A stretch of DNA of 64,000 bases from an uncultured Gemmatimonadales bacterium (GTDB lineage Bacteria; Gemmatimonadota; Gemmatimonadetes; Longimicrobiales; RSA9): assembly GCA_963798085.1 (NCBI GenBank), contig CAWCRS010000005.1, positions 320,001 to 384,000 of the forward strand. Reading direction: 5' to 3'. Position numbers and translations under genes: made by a program. The notes under the pieces were generated by a model, which was not told the origin of the DNA, did not search any database, and saw only the letters and a list, made by a program, of their open reading frames with translations. How positions within the stretch are numbered: position 1 is the first letter of the stretch; each line of letters begins with the position of its first letter. Positions 27,705 through 37,251 of the stretch are shown here, in pieces.

Positions 27705-28716
27705 TGCCAGCTGGGTCGAGCGCTTCGGCGAGCACCACCTGTTGCTGAATGCGGGACCAGATTCCCTCGAGCATCGGGTCGAGTCCTGCGCGTGTCGCGG
27801 CGGACACGACGAAGCAGCCCCATGCCGCCGGCGCGTCGATGACCGGCAGCGCCGCGTCGAGCGGCAGCAGGTCCGACTTGCTGACGATGACGCAGTGCGG
27901 CTTGGCCGCCAGTTCCGGCGAGTAGGCGAGAATCTCGTCGCGCAGGAGTGCGTACTCGGCCTGCGCATTCTCCGAGTCCGCGGGGATCAGGAACGCAAGC
28001 GTCCGCGTGCGCTCAATGTGACGCAGGAAACGCAGCCCCAGACCGCGACCCTCATGCGCGCCCTCGATAATGCCCGGGATATCGGCCATTACGAAGCTGC
28101 AATGATCGCGGAGCGCCACCACTCCGAGGTTGGGACTGAGTGTGGTGAACGGATAATCGGCAATGCGTGGTGTAGCGGCGGAAACTGCGGCCAGCAGCGT
28201 CGACTTGCCCGCATTCGGTTTCCCCACCAGCCCCACATCCGCGATCAGTTTCAGCTCCAGCTGGATGCGCCGGTCCTCGCCCTCTTCCCCGGGCTCCCAG
28301 CGCCGAGGTGCGCGGTTGGTCGGTGTGGCAAACGCGGCGTTACCGCGGCCACCCCGCCCGCCTTTCGCCACCACCAGCTCCTGGCCCTCTTCCAGCACTT
28401 CGCCGATCAGCGCACCGCTGCCCGCATCGCGCACGATGGTTCCCACCGGCACGCGCAGCACCAGGTCCTCGCCCGAGCGACCCGTGCGGTCCTTTCCCTG
28501 CCCGTGCTGTCCGCGCTCCGCGCGGTAATGCTGCTGGTAGCGGTAATCGAGCAGCGTCCAGAGCTGCACATCGCCGCGCAGCAGCACGCTGCCGCCGTGT
28601 CCGCCATTGCCGCCCGAGGGCCCGCCCATGCGCACACCCATCTCGCGCCGGAACGCTTCCTGGCCTGACCCGCCAGTGCCCCCGGTGACCTGTACGATTG
28701 CCTGGTCTACAAACAT
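27694..28716 (-). CDS. obgE: GTPase ObgE
   Basis: MFVD, GGPSGGNGGHGG, GKPNAGKST, YPFTT, DIPG. Confidence 0.96.
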   Translation of the reverse strand: MFVDQAIVQVTGGTGGSGQEAFRREMGVRMGGPSGGNGGHGGSVLLRGDVQLWTLLDYRYQQHYRAERGQHGQGKDRTGRSGEDLVLRVPVGTIVRDAGSGALIGEVLEEGQELVVAKGGRGGRGNAAFATPTNRAPRRWEPGEEGEDRRIQLELKLIADVGLVGKPNAGKSTLLAAVSAATPRIADYPFTTLSPNLGVVALRDHCSFVMADIPGIIEGAHEGRGLGLRFLRHIERTRTLAFLIPADSENAQAEYALLRDEILAYSPELAAKPHCVIVSKSDLLPLDAALPVIDAPAAWGCFVVSAATRAGLDPMLEGIWSRIQQQVVLAEALDPAGNGS

Positions 28717-28729
28717 CGTGTTTGGTACC

Positions 28730-29725
28730 TCAGCCGTGCGGTTCCAGCTGGATTGCCGCGCGTATGCGGCCCACCGTTTCGCCGCGCGTGTTCCCGATGG
28801 ACGGTTCCGCGAACGCGGCCAGCTCCGCCATCTCATCGTCGGACAACAGGCTCAGCGCGCGCAGCACAGCCAGAATCGCGGGCTCCGCCGCTCTCGCGGC
28901 GCCGTCCTCCACCTTGAGCGCTATGCCCAGCTCCGCGCCCGGCACCGCCACGCAGTACACGCCTTCCGCGCCCGCCTTCGCCATCACGCGGCCGTCCGCG
29001 GCGCGCATGAGCAGGGTGCAGAGCCGGCCGGTGCCGGCCACATACTGCGGGAAGCTCATCATGGCGCCCACCACGGCGGAAGCCGCCGTCTCGCCTCGCC
29101 GCGCCGCGCCGGCCAGCCGGCCGAACGCGCCGGCCAGGCGCGACAGTGGTAACGCGAATGTTACTACACCGCAGCCATCCACTCCCGTCGCGATCTCATC
29201 CGGCGTCAGCTCCGTCCACTCGCAGATTTCCTCCAGGATGCGCCGCTGCACCGGGTGCTCGGGCCGCTGGTAGCCGGCAATGGGCCAGCCGTGTCTGCAG
29301 GCGAGTGCCAGCATGCCCGTGTGCTTGCCGGAGCAGTTGTTGTGCACGCGCCCGAACGGCTGGCCTGCCTGCTGCAGCGCGCGCGCTGCGGGCGCGTAAT
29401 GGGGCGGGTGCGCACCGCACGCCAGCGCGCTTTCCTCGACACCGATCCTGCGCAGCAGGCCGCGCACGCACTCCACGTGTCGCTCTTCCCCGCTGTGCGA
29501 CGCACAGCATACCGCCAGTTCACGCGCATCGAATCCGAAATGCGTGGTGACACCGTCGCGCACGAGTGGCAGCGCCTGGATGGGCTTCACCGCCGAACGC
29601 GCAAACGCCACCAGTTCCGGATTGCCCGTACTCGCGCGCAGCCGCCCCTGCGCATCGACCACGGCGATGCTCACCTGATGCACCGATTCGATGGTGGCGC
29701 CCCGCCACACTTCCACGCGGCTCAT
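28730..29725 (-). CDS. asparaginase II (rhizobial AnsA-type) family protein
   Basis: RSAVKPIQA, ASHSGE, NNCSGKH, DGCG, AKAGAEG. Confidence 0.88.
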   Translation of the reverse strand: MSRVEVWRGATIESVHQVSIAVVDAQGRLRASTGNPELVAFARSAVKPIQALPLVRDGVTTHFGFDARELAVCCASHSGEERHVECVRGLLRRIGVEESALACGAHPPHYAPAARALQQAGQPFGRVHNNCSGKHTGMLALACRHGWPIAGYQRPEHPVQRRILEEICEWTELTPDEIATGVDGCGVVTFALPLSRLAGAFGRLAGAARRGETAASAVVGAMMSFPQYVAGTGRLCTLLMRAADGRVMAKAGAEGVYCVAVPGAELGIALKVEDGAARAAEPAILAVLRALSLLSDDEMAELAAFAEPSIGNTRGETVGRIRAAIQLEPHG

Positions 29726-29868
29726 GCGCAGCCCTCCGCGCACCCATGAATCGAATCAGACACACTCGCCCGTTCCATGGCTTGAATGGCCTCCCCCACG
29801 TCGGTTCGCGCCAGTGTCCGTCAGACCAGCGAGTCGGCACCGCATTGCGCGTGCGTGTGCCCGGCCTC

Positions 29869-29905
29869 AAACGAAACAGAGGAAGGGTACTGAGTACCCC
29901 TCCTC
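29869..29905 (-). terminator. intrinsic terminator-like hairpin
   Basis: Minus strand GAGGAGGGGTAC-TCA-GTACCCTTCCTC (12-bp stem, one G-U pair) followed by TGTTTCGTTT. Confidence 0.6.
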
Positions 29906-29976
29906 CGATTCGATCGCCCGCGTGCGGAGCGATAGTACCACAGGCCACGTGCATCCCGGGCCTGCCCGGGTTGCAA

Positions 29977-31629
29977 TTACCTCTTGCCCGCTGCGCCACC
30001 CGCCGTCTTCATTGTGCCCTGCATCTGCGCAGCCAGCTGGAACAGCGCCTGCGGCGTGGAGGCCTTGTCCAGCAGATCAATGGCCGTACGCACCTGCCGG
30101 TCATCGCTGTTCTCGCGCTTGCGGCGCTCTTCCGTGCCCCACTTCGAGAACGTGATCTCGCTCGCCAGCTGGTAGCCAACCCAGCGGCTGCCGGCATCGA
30201 ATGTCGGCCGCTCCAGCGTGAAGCCCGCCGCGACCAGCGACTTGTAGAAGTCGTCCAGCATGGGCGCGGTGATCGGGAACCCCGGCTTCAACTCGGGATG
30301 CTGTTTGGCGTAGCGCACTCCGAACGAGAAGCGCGTCTCAATGAACTTCGGCCAGTTCTGGCGCTGCAGTGTCTCGATCAACGGGCGCTCCGTGAGCGTC
30401 GTCGTATCGGGCGCCACATTCAGGTCCGGCGCGATGCCGCCACCGCCGTAGACCACGCGGCCGGCATCCGTCTTGTACGCCATCTTCTTCGCCGAATCCC
30501 CCGCAGCACCCGGGTTCGTGCCATCATCGGCCGGCGCTTCCGCCAGCGGATGATCGTTGTCGTACGGGCGCTGAATGCTGCGACCTGACGGCGTGTACCA
30601 GCGTGCGGTCGTCAGCTTCAGCCAGTTGTTGCCCTGCAGCCGGAACACCTGCTGGACAGAGCCCTTGCCGTACGTCGGGCGGCCCACGATCAGCGCCCGA
30701 TCATGGTCCTGCAGCGCGCCCGCCACGATCTCCGTCGCCGATGCACTCTGCGGCCCCACCAGCACCACGATGGGGAGTCCCGGGAACTGATCCGGCACGT
30801 TCGCGCTCAGCTTCTGATTCTGATTGGGAAGGCGGCCCTTCGTCTCGACGATCGGCAGATCCCGATTGAGGAACAGGTCCGATACGCCTGCACCCTCGTC
30901 CAGCAGACCGCCTGAATTCAGGCGCATGTCCAGAACGATGCCCTTGGCGCCATGCTCGCGCAGGCTGTTGATCGCCTCACTGACTTCCTGCGACGACGTT
31001 TCGCTGAACACGTTCAGCTCGACGTAACCCACCGTCTTGTCGATCATGTAGGCGGCGGGCACGGAGCGCACGTGGATCTCTTCGCGCGTGATCTTGAACG
31101 GAATCGGCTGATCGACGCCCAGCCGCGCAATCTTGATGTCGACCGGTGTGCCTTTCTGTCCGCGCAGCTGCGCCACGGCCTGGTCTTCGGTCCAGTCGTG
31201 CGTGTTCTGGCCGTTCACCTCGACAATCGCGTCGCCAGCCTGCAGTCCTGCCCGCTCACCCGGTGTGCCGGGCAGCGGCGTGATCACAGTGACCCAGCCC
31301 GCGCGCTTCGCGATCGATACGCCGATCCCGGCGTACTCGCCCTGCGTCGTAATGCGCAGGTTCTCGTATTCCTTGGCGGGCATGAAGACCGTGTGCGGAT
31401 CGCCCAGCTCCTGCAACATGCCGTCGATCGCCATCTGGTACAGATCGGACGGCTGCTTCTCATCGACGAAGGCCTGCGACACGTATTGCAGTACCTGCTC
31501 GAAGAGCTGCGCGTTGCCGTAGACGTTGTTCTGTTCCTGGCCTGCGCCGCGCTGCAGGAACCAGCCGCCGGTCGCGAGTGCGACCGTCGCTACCAGCAAC
31601 GGCGCGAGAAAAGCCCGGTTGATCTTCAT
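29977..31629 (-). CDS. S41 family carboxyl-terminal processing protease (PDZ)
   Basis: Signal/TM segment, GDPHT, PDZ, DMRLNSGG, SASATEIVAGALQD, YGKGSVQ, ARWYTPSG. Confidence 0.94.
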   Translation of the reverse strand: MKINRAFLAPLLVATVALATGGWFLQRGAGQEQNNVYGNAQLFEQVLQYVSQAFVDEKQPSDLYQMAIDGMLQELGDPHTVFMPAKEYENLRITTQGEYAGIGVSIAKRAGWVTVITPLPGTPGERAGLQAGDAIVEVNGQNTHDWTEDQAVAQLRGQKGTPVDIKIARLGVDQPIPFKITREEIHVRSVPAAYMIDKTVGYVELNVFSETSSQEVSEAINSLREHGAKGIVLDMRLNSGGLLDEGAGVSDLFLNRDLPIVETKGRLPNQNQKLSANVPDQFPGLPIVVLVGPQSASATEIVAGALQDHDRALIVGRPTYGKGSVQQVFRLQGNNWLKLTTARWYTPSGRSIQRPYDNDHPLAEAPADDGTNPGAAGDSAKKMAYKTDAGRVVYGGGGIAPDLNVAPDTTTLTERPLIETLQRQNWPKFIETRFSFGVRYAKQHPELKPGFPITAPMLDDFYKSLVAAGFTLERPTFDAGSRWVGYQLASEITFSKWGTEERRKRENSDDRQVRTAIDLLDKASTPQALFQLAAQMQGTMKTAGGAAGKR

Positions 31630-31671
31630 CGGCCCTCCGTGACATCCTGGACTGCGGGAAAGGACAATCTA

Positions 31672-32308
31672 CTAACCCTGCCCTCTTGCGAAAGTTTCTG
31701 GAAATCTCTCTTGCAGGAGGCGGACCACGGCTGCGTGCAACTGGTCGGGCGGTAGCGTCCCATCCAGAGCTTCGACACCCGGTTCCGACCTCGTGAGTTC
31801 CTCGTATGCAGCGGCCACGCGGCGGTGGAATTCGCGGTCCTCGCGCTCGATCCTGTCGCGCGCGCCCCGCTCGGCCTGTCGCCCCATGGACACAATTTCC
31901 GGCACACGCAGCACCATCGTGAGATCGGCGCGCAACCCGCCCGTCGCGAAGGCGTTCGCGGCGCGCACCTGCTCCAGCGGCAGCTGCCGGCCGTATCCTT
32001 GATACGCCATTGTGGACAGCTCGTACCTGTCTGAAATGACGACCCGGCCGGATTCGAGGGCAGGTCGTACGCATTCCGCGACGAACGTGGCGCGCGCGGC
32101 GAGATAGAGCAGCAGCTCACTGCGTGCGTCGATGGGCTCCCCGTGCAGCACAAGTTGTCGCACCGCCTCGCCCAGATGCGTGCTGCCGGGCTCACGCGTG
32201 ACCAGGTGCGGAATCCGGCGGCCGGCCAGCCACTCCCCGAGCAGACGGGCCTGGGTGGACTTGCCGCGTCCCCTCGATGCCCTCCAGTACGATGAACCGG
32301 CCGCTCAC
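31672..32308 (-). CDS. tmk: thymidylate kinase (frameshifted in its 5' part)
   Basis: FIVLEG..GKSTQ, TREPG, ELLLYLAAR, SDRY..STMAYQGYGR, DRIERE spread over frames. Confidence 0.9.
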
Positions 32309-32423
32309 AATGCTGCGCGCTCAATGCGCACGACGCAGGGCCCCAGTCTGCTCGAACGTTTCTCGGCCATCACGCATCAGAATCAGCCGCGCACGCAGGA
32401 GTCGCATTCGAGCGTCGCGGCGC

Positions 32424-33740
32424 TCAGCTCTCGTAGTATTCCAGCCCGAGATGGGTGATCTGCTCCTCACCCATCAGGTGGCGCAGCGTGTTCTTCAGCT
32501 TCCAGTGCTGGATGAACAGGTCGTGCTCCGGATACAGCTCGGGCGCGGTCATCGGGCTCTTGAAGTAGAACGACAGCCATTCCTGGATGCCGCTCATCCC
32601 CGCGCGCTTCGACAGGTCCATGAACAGCGCGAGATCGAGCACGATGGGCGCGGCCAGAATCGAATCGCGGCAGAGGAAGTCCACCTTGATCTGCATCGGA
32701 TAGCCCAGCCACCCGAAGATGTCGAGGTTGTCCCAGCCTTCCTTGTTGTCACCGCGGGGCGGGTAGTAGTTGATCCGCACCTTGTGATACACGTTGCCGT
32801 ACAGCTCGGGGTGCAGCTTCGGCTGCAGCACGTATTCGAGCACGCCCAGCTTGGATTCTTCCTTCGTCTTGAACGAGTCCGGATCATCCAGTACGGCGCC
32901 ATCGCGGTTGCCCAGGATGTTCGTGCTGAACCAGCCGGAGAGTCCCAGCATGCGTGCCTTGAGTCCGGGCGCAATGATCGTCTTCATCATCGTCTGACCC
33001 GTCTTGAAGTCCTTGCCGGCAATGGGCACACCGTGCTCGCGGGCCAGCGCCTGGATGGCCGGAATGTCGACCGTGAGATTGGGCGCGCCATTGGCAAACG
33101 GCACGCCTTCCTTGATCGCTGCCCACGCGTAGATCATCGAAGGCGCAATGGCCGCGTCATTGCACACCATGGCGCGCTCGAAGGCTTCCACCGTCTGATG
33201 CGCCGGGCCCGGCTTCATGAATACCTCGGTCGAGCCGCACCACACCATCACGATGCGGTCGCACTGATTCTCCTGCTTGAAGCGACGAATGTCCGCGCGC
33301 AGCTGCTCGCCCAGTTCCTGCTTGTTGCCCGCCTGTTTCACGTTGCTGCCCTCGATGCGGCGCACGTAGTTCTGGTCGAACACCGCGGGCATGGGCTTGA
33401 TGGCGGAAAGGAAGTCGTGCAGCGGATCGATGTGCGCGCGCTCCAGCACACCGGCCTTCGCCGCCGTCTCGTAGGCATCGTCGGGGATCGGATCCCAGCC
33501 GCCGAATACCAGTGCATCCAGCGGCGACACCGGCACGAATTCACGAATCAGCGGATTGCGGTTCTCCGTGCGCTTGCCCAGCCGGATGTGCGCCAGCTGC
33601 GTCAGCGAGCCAATGGGCAGCGCCATCTTGCGCCGCACCGCTTCCACTCCCGCAATGAACGTCGTCGCCACTGCGCCCATGCCCGGCAGCATTACTCCCA
33701 GCCGCCCCTGCGCCGGCGCAATTGCCCTTCCTGGCGTCAT
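32424..33740 (-). CDS. ino1: myo-inositol-1(3)-phosphate synthase
   Basis: GMGAVATT, WCGSTE, NGAPN, GKDFKTGQT, NILGNRDG, CRDSILAAPIVLDL, SFYFKSP. Confidence 0.94.
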   Translation of the reverse strand: MTPGRAIAPAQGRLGVMLPGMGAVATTFIAGVEAVRRKMALPIGSLTQLAHIRLGKRTENRNPLIREFVPVSPLDALVFGGWDPIPDDAYETAAKAGVLERAHIDPLHDFLSAIKPMPAVFDQNYVRRIEGSNVKQAGNKQELGEQLRADIRRFKQENQCDRIVMVWCGSTEVFMKPGPAHQTVEAFERAMVCNDAAIAPSMIYAWAAIKEGVPFANGAPNLTVDIPAIQALAREHGVPIAGKDFKTGQTMMKTIIAPGLKARMLGLSGWFSTNILGNRDGAVLDDPDSFKTKEESKLGVLEYVLQPKLHPELYGNVYHKVRINYYPPRGDNKEGWDNLDIFGWLGYPMQIKVDFLCRDSILAAPIVLDLALFMDLSKRAGMSGIQEWLSFYFKSPMTAPELYPEHDLFIQHWKLKNTLRHLMGEEQITHLGLEYYES

Positions 33741-33916
33741 GCCCTCTTCTCCATTGTGCACAGCGCCCAACGCGCTGTTAGTAGCATCTCACTCCACCCA
33801 TCACCGCTGCCACACCAGTCCGTTCTTGTCCGTCCCCGTGACCCGGCAACGTCGTTCCATCCGTACAACCCCGGCCCCAGCCCGGGCAACGCTGTGCGCC
33901 CTCTCCTCCGGAAACA

Positions 33917-34552
33917 TCAGTCTTTCTCCTCCAGCGGCACCCCCTTCGCATGTCGATAGACCCACACGATGCGCTGCACGGCCGTGAGGTTGGTCAGGAC
34001 GGCGAGCACGACGATCACGATCTTGAGGATCAGACCGTCCCAGCTCTCGCCGAAGAGGAGTGACGCGAGTCCGATCAGTACCACGCGCTCGGCGCGCGGC
34101 ATGAGGCCCACTCTGCAGTCGAGTCCCAGAGCTTCCGCGCGCGCGCGAGTATAGCTGATCATCAGAGACCCCGCCATGGCGAGCATGATGAGGTAGATCA
34201 TGCCCACATCGCCCAGCTCGAGGCGGTAGTCGTTGTAGAGCGAGAGAATGCCGAGGAAGACCGCGATTTCGCTGATGCGGTCCAGCGTCGAATCGTAGAA
34301 CGCGCCGAACTTGCTGCCCAGCTTCGACAGTCGCGCCACGCGACCGTCGAGGATGTCGAAGAAGCCGCCCGTCAGCACCAGCACGCCCGCCGTGCGCACA
34401 TGGTGCTCGTGGAACGCGAGCGCCGACGTCATCGTCGCAAGGAAGCCGAGTGTGGTGAGGAGGTTGGGATGAACCTGCTTGCGCGCCAGCCAGTCGGTGA
34501 GCGGGTCGATGATCCGGTAGACCCGCCCGCGTTGCGCTTCGAGTCCGGTCAC
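33917..34552 (-). CDS. CDP-alcohol phosphatidyltransferase (PgsA1/PIP synthase-like)
   Basis: PNLLT, DILDGRVAR..GAFYDSTLDR, SYTRARAE, RAER. Confidence 0.92.
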   Translation of the reverse strand: MTGLEAQRGRVYRIIDPLTDWLARKQVHPNLLTTLGFLATMTSALAFHEHHVRTAGVLVLTGGFFDILDGRVARLSKLGSKFGAFYDSTLDRISEIAVFLGILSLYNDYRLELGDVGMIYLIMLAMAGSLMISYTRARAEALGLDCRVGLMPRAERVVLIGLASLLFGESWDGLILKIVIVVLAVLTNLTAVQRIVWVYRHAKGVPLEEKD

Positions 34553-34563
34553 GCCCCGCCTCC

Positions 34564-34935
34564 TCAGGTGGGCAGGATGATGCGTGATCGGGATCCGGCT
34601 TCGATCCCCTCCGTGATGTGGTCGTTCACGCGCGCCAGCACCTTGTCGAAATTCGCCTGCGCGGCCACCAGGCCCTGGTAGACGGAAGACGCCTGCAGCT
34701 GCGAGAACAGCGTCTCGTATTCCTGCTGGATCTCCGCGGACGGCTCCTGGCCCGAGCGCAGCAGCTGCCCGATCTGGCGCTCCATCTCGCCCATGCGGTT
34801 CAATGAGACGGACAGCTCGCGGTCCTCCAGTGCGCGCGTGCGTGCCCGGTCGAGTGCCTGATATTCGCTGGTCTGTCCCAGCAGTCGGCCCAGCTCCCGC
34901 GCCTTGTCGGCGAAACCTTCCATGATCTCAACCAC
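34564..34935 (-). CDS. YlbF/YmcA-like helical protein
   Basis: KARELGRLLGQTSEY, all-helical ~120 aa, AQANFDKVLARVN..I pattern. Confidence 0.7.
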   Translation of the reverse strand: MVEIMEGFADKARELGRLLGQTSEYQALDRARTRALEDRELSVSLNRMGEMERQIGQLLRSGQEPSAEIQQEYETLFSQLQASSVYQGLVAAQANFDKVLARVNDHITEGIEAGSRSRIILPT

Positions 34936-34980
34936 CCGTTAGGCTTGCCCGCCACGTTGCGGGGCATTCCCGCATCGTCT

Positions 34981-35856
34981 TCAGCTGCGCTGCGCCAGGA
35001 TCACGCGCGGCCGTCCCGTCAGATCCGCCTGCACGCGGGGCTCGGCATAACTGCCGTGTTCGCGAAGTCGCTGCTGCACGGCCTCCGCCTGGCCCAGTCC
35101 CACCTCCAGCGCCAGCAGTCCGCCCGCTTCGAGGTGCGCCGCCGCGCCATCCACCAGCGCGTTCAGCATCGCGTACCCGCGCTCCGCCGCGAACAGCGCG
35201 CCCGCGGGCTCCCACTCGCGCACCTCGGGCGCCAGCTCCGCCCGCTCCGCATCTGCAACATACGGAGGATTGGAGGCGACGACGTCGAATCGTTCCTCCG
35301 TTCCCACCGCGGACCATGCGTCGCCGATGCGGAATTCGATGCGCGTCTGCAGCCCCAGCCGGCTGGCGTTCTCGCCCGCGGCGGCCAGCGCATCCGCGGA
35401 CACGTCAGTGGCGACGATACGCTGGAAATCGCCTTCGTGCGCCAGGCTGAGTGCGATGGCGCCGGACCCTGTACCCATGTCCAGCACCTCCAGCCCTGGC
35501 CTGCCCTTCGCCCAGGCCAGCACCGCGCCCACCAGAATCTCCGTTTCCGGCCGCGGGATCAGAACCCTTGAATCCACACGCAGCATCAGCTGCCGGAAGG
35601 GCGCTTCCCCCACAATGTACTGGATCGGCTCGTGCCGCAAACGCCGCCGCACCAGGGTGCGGAACGCATCCAGCTCCTCCGTGCTCACCGGCCGATCGTG
35701 CTGGAGGTAGAGTTCGAGCCGGCTCAGGTGGAGCACTGCCGCCAGCAGCAGCTCCGCCTCGAGTCGCGCATTCTCCAGTCCCGCCCGCTCGCGCAGTACG
35801 CCGGCCGCCCGTCGTGCCAGTTCCAGTGCGGTCTGCTGCACGGCGTCACGCAGCAT
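34981..35856 (-). CDS. prmC: release factor glutamine methyltransferase
   Basis: [32 protein letters not shown]. Confidence 0.96.
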   Translation of the reverse strand: MLRDAVQQTALELARRAAGVLRERAGLENARLEAELLLAAVLHLSRLELYLQHDRPVSTEELDAFRTLVRRRLRHEPIQYIVGEAPFRQLMLRVDSRVLIPRPETEILVGAVLAWAKGRPGLEVLDMGTGSGAIALSLAHEGDFQRIVATDVSADALAAAGENASRLGLQTRIEFRIGDAWSAVGTEERFDVVASNPPYVADAERAELAPEVREWEPAGALFAAERGYAMLNALVDGAAAHLEAGGLLALEVGLGQAEAVQQRLREHGSYAEPRVQADLTGRPRVILAQRS

Positions 35857-36922
35857 CCGATTCCAGCCGCTCCGCCTCCCTCGCCTCCTTGAGCGCGCCG
35901 ATCAGCTCCGCCAGATCGCCGTCCATGATCTCGTGCAGCTGGTGCAGTGTGAGACCAATGCGATGGTCGGTAACGCGACTCTGCGGGAAGTGGTAGGTCC
36001 GGATCTTGGCGGAGCGATCGCCTGTCCCGACCTGCGTCTTCCTGGCCCTGGCACGCTCCGCCTCCTGCTCCGCCAGCTTCTGGTCCAGCAGCCGGCTGCG
36101 CAGCACGCGCAGCGCCTTCGCCTTGTTCTTGTGCTGTGATTTCTCGTCCTGGCAGGTAACGACCAGGCCGGTGGGCAGGTGCGTAATGCGCACCGCCGAG
36201 TCGGTGGTGTTGACGGACTGCCCCCCCGGACCCGACGAGCGGTACACGTCCACGCGGATCTCGTCGTCGCGGATCTCGACATCGACGTCTTCTGCTTCCG
36301 GCAGCACGGCTACGGTGGCTGCTGACGTGTGGATGCGGCCCTGGCTCTCGGTCACCGGTACACGCTGCACCCGGTGCACGCCGGATTCGTGGCGCAGATC
36401 GCCGTAGGCATTCCGGCCGCGGACCACGAACACCACCTCCTTGAAGGCCCCGCGGTCGCCTTCCGAGAGGTGGATCAGCTCCACGCTCCAGCCACGCGAC
36501 TCCGCATAGCGCGTGTACATGCGGAACAGCTCGGCCGCGAACAGGCCGGCCTCATCGCCGCCGGTTCCGGCCCGGATCTCCATGACGGCCGACCGGTCGG
36601 CGAGCGGGTCGCGGGGGATCAGCAGCTGGCGCAGCTTCTCCAGCAACGCCTGCTCCTGCTCGCCCAGCTTCGTCACCTCGGATTCGGCCAGCTCGGTGAG
36701 TTCCGCGTCGTCGCCCGCCTCGATCATGGCGCGGGCTTCCGTCAGTTGCTGGCGCACCCGCTGCAGCGCCTGCGCGGCTTCCGCCGCCGGCTTCAGCTCC
36801 GCCTGCTCGATCGCAGTCTTGCGCAGGTTTTCCGAGTTGCCGAGAACGGCGGGATCCGCAAGGCGCCCGGTGAGCGACTCGTAGCGCCGCAGCAATTCCG
36901 GAATGCGCGCTTCCCAGCTCAT
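35846..36922 (-). CDS. prfA: peptide chain release factor 1
   Basis: [17 protein letters not shown] (PxT), GPGGQSVN. Confidence 0.97.
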   Translation of the reverse strand: MSWEARIPELLRRYESLTGRLADPAVLGNSENLRKTAIEQAELKPAAEAAQALQRVRQQLTEARAMIEAGDDAELTELAESEVTKLGEQEQALLEKLRQLLIPRDPLADRSAVMEIRAGTGGDEAGLFAAELFRMYTRYAESRGWSVELIHLSEGDRGAFKEVVFVVRGRNAYGDLRHESGVHRVQRVPVTESQGRIHTSAATVAVLPEAEDVDVEIRDDEIRVDVYRSSGPGGQSVNTTDSAVRITHLPTGLVVTCQDEKSQHKNKAKALRVLRSRLLDQKLAEQEAERARARKTQVGTGDRSAKIRTYHFPQSRVTDHRIGLTLHQLHEIMDGDLAELIGALKEAREAERLESDAA

Positions 36923-36955
36923 AAGACAAAGAGCCGGCGGCGCCGGCTCTCCCTC

Positions 36956-37180
36956 TTACTGCTCCGCCTTTTTGCCGGAGGCGCCGGTGCCCCATTTCTG
37001 ACGGAACCGTTCCACGCGGCCGGCCGTGTCGACCAGCTTCTGCCGCCCCGTAAAATAGGGATGACACACCGAGCAGATTTCCACGTGGATGTCCTTCACC
37101 GTGCTGCGCGTCTCGAAGCTGTTGCCACAAGCGCAGTGCACGGTCGCCGTCTTGTAGTCCGGATGAATGCCCGCTTTCAT
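36956..37180 (-). CDS. rpmE: 50S ribosomal protein L31 (Zn-binding type)
   Basis: [32 protein letters not shown]. Confidence 0.97.
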   Translation of the reverse strand: MKAGIHPDYKTATVHCACGNSFETRSTVKDIHVEICSVCHPYFTGRQKLVDTAGRVERFRQKWGTGASGKKAEQ

Positions 37181-37222
37181 GGGTGCCTCTTCAGCGATGT
37201 CCTGGAAACGTTCAAGACAACT

Positions 37223-37251
37223 AGTTTAACGGGCCGGCACCCCCTCCTCAA
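37223..37251 (-). promoter_or_regulatory. possible sigma70 promoter for rpmE-prfA-prmC
   Basis: Minus strand TTGAGG-N17-TAAACT overlapping the end of the upstream gene. Confidence 0.4.

Noticed and set aside
33741..33916. Riboswitch or small ORF in the ~175-bp gap before ino1
   Set aside because: No recognisable aptamer, strong hairpin or ORF with an RBS; the 10-aa upstream extension of ino1 is probably not the real start
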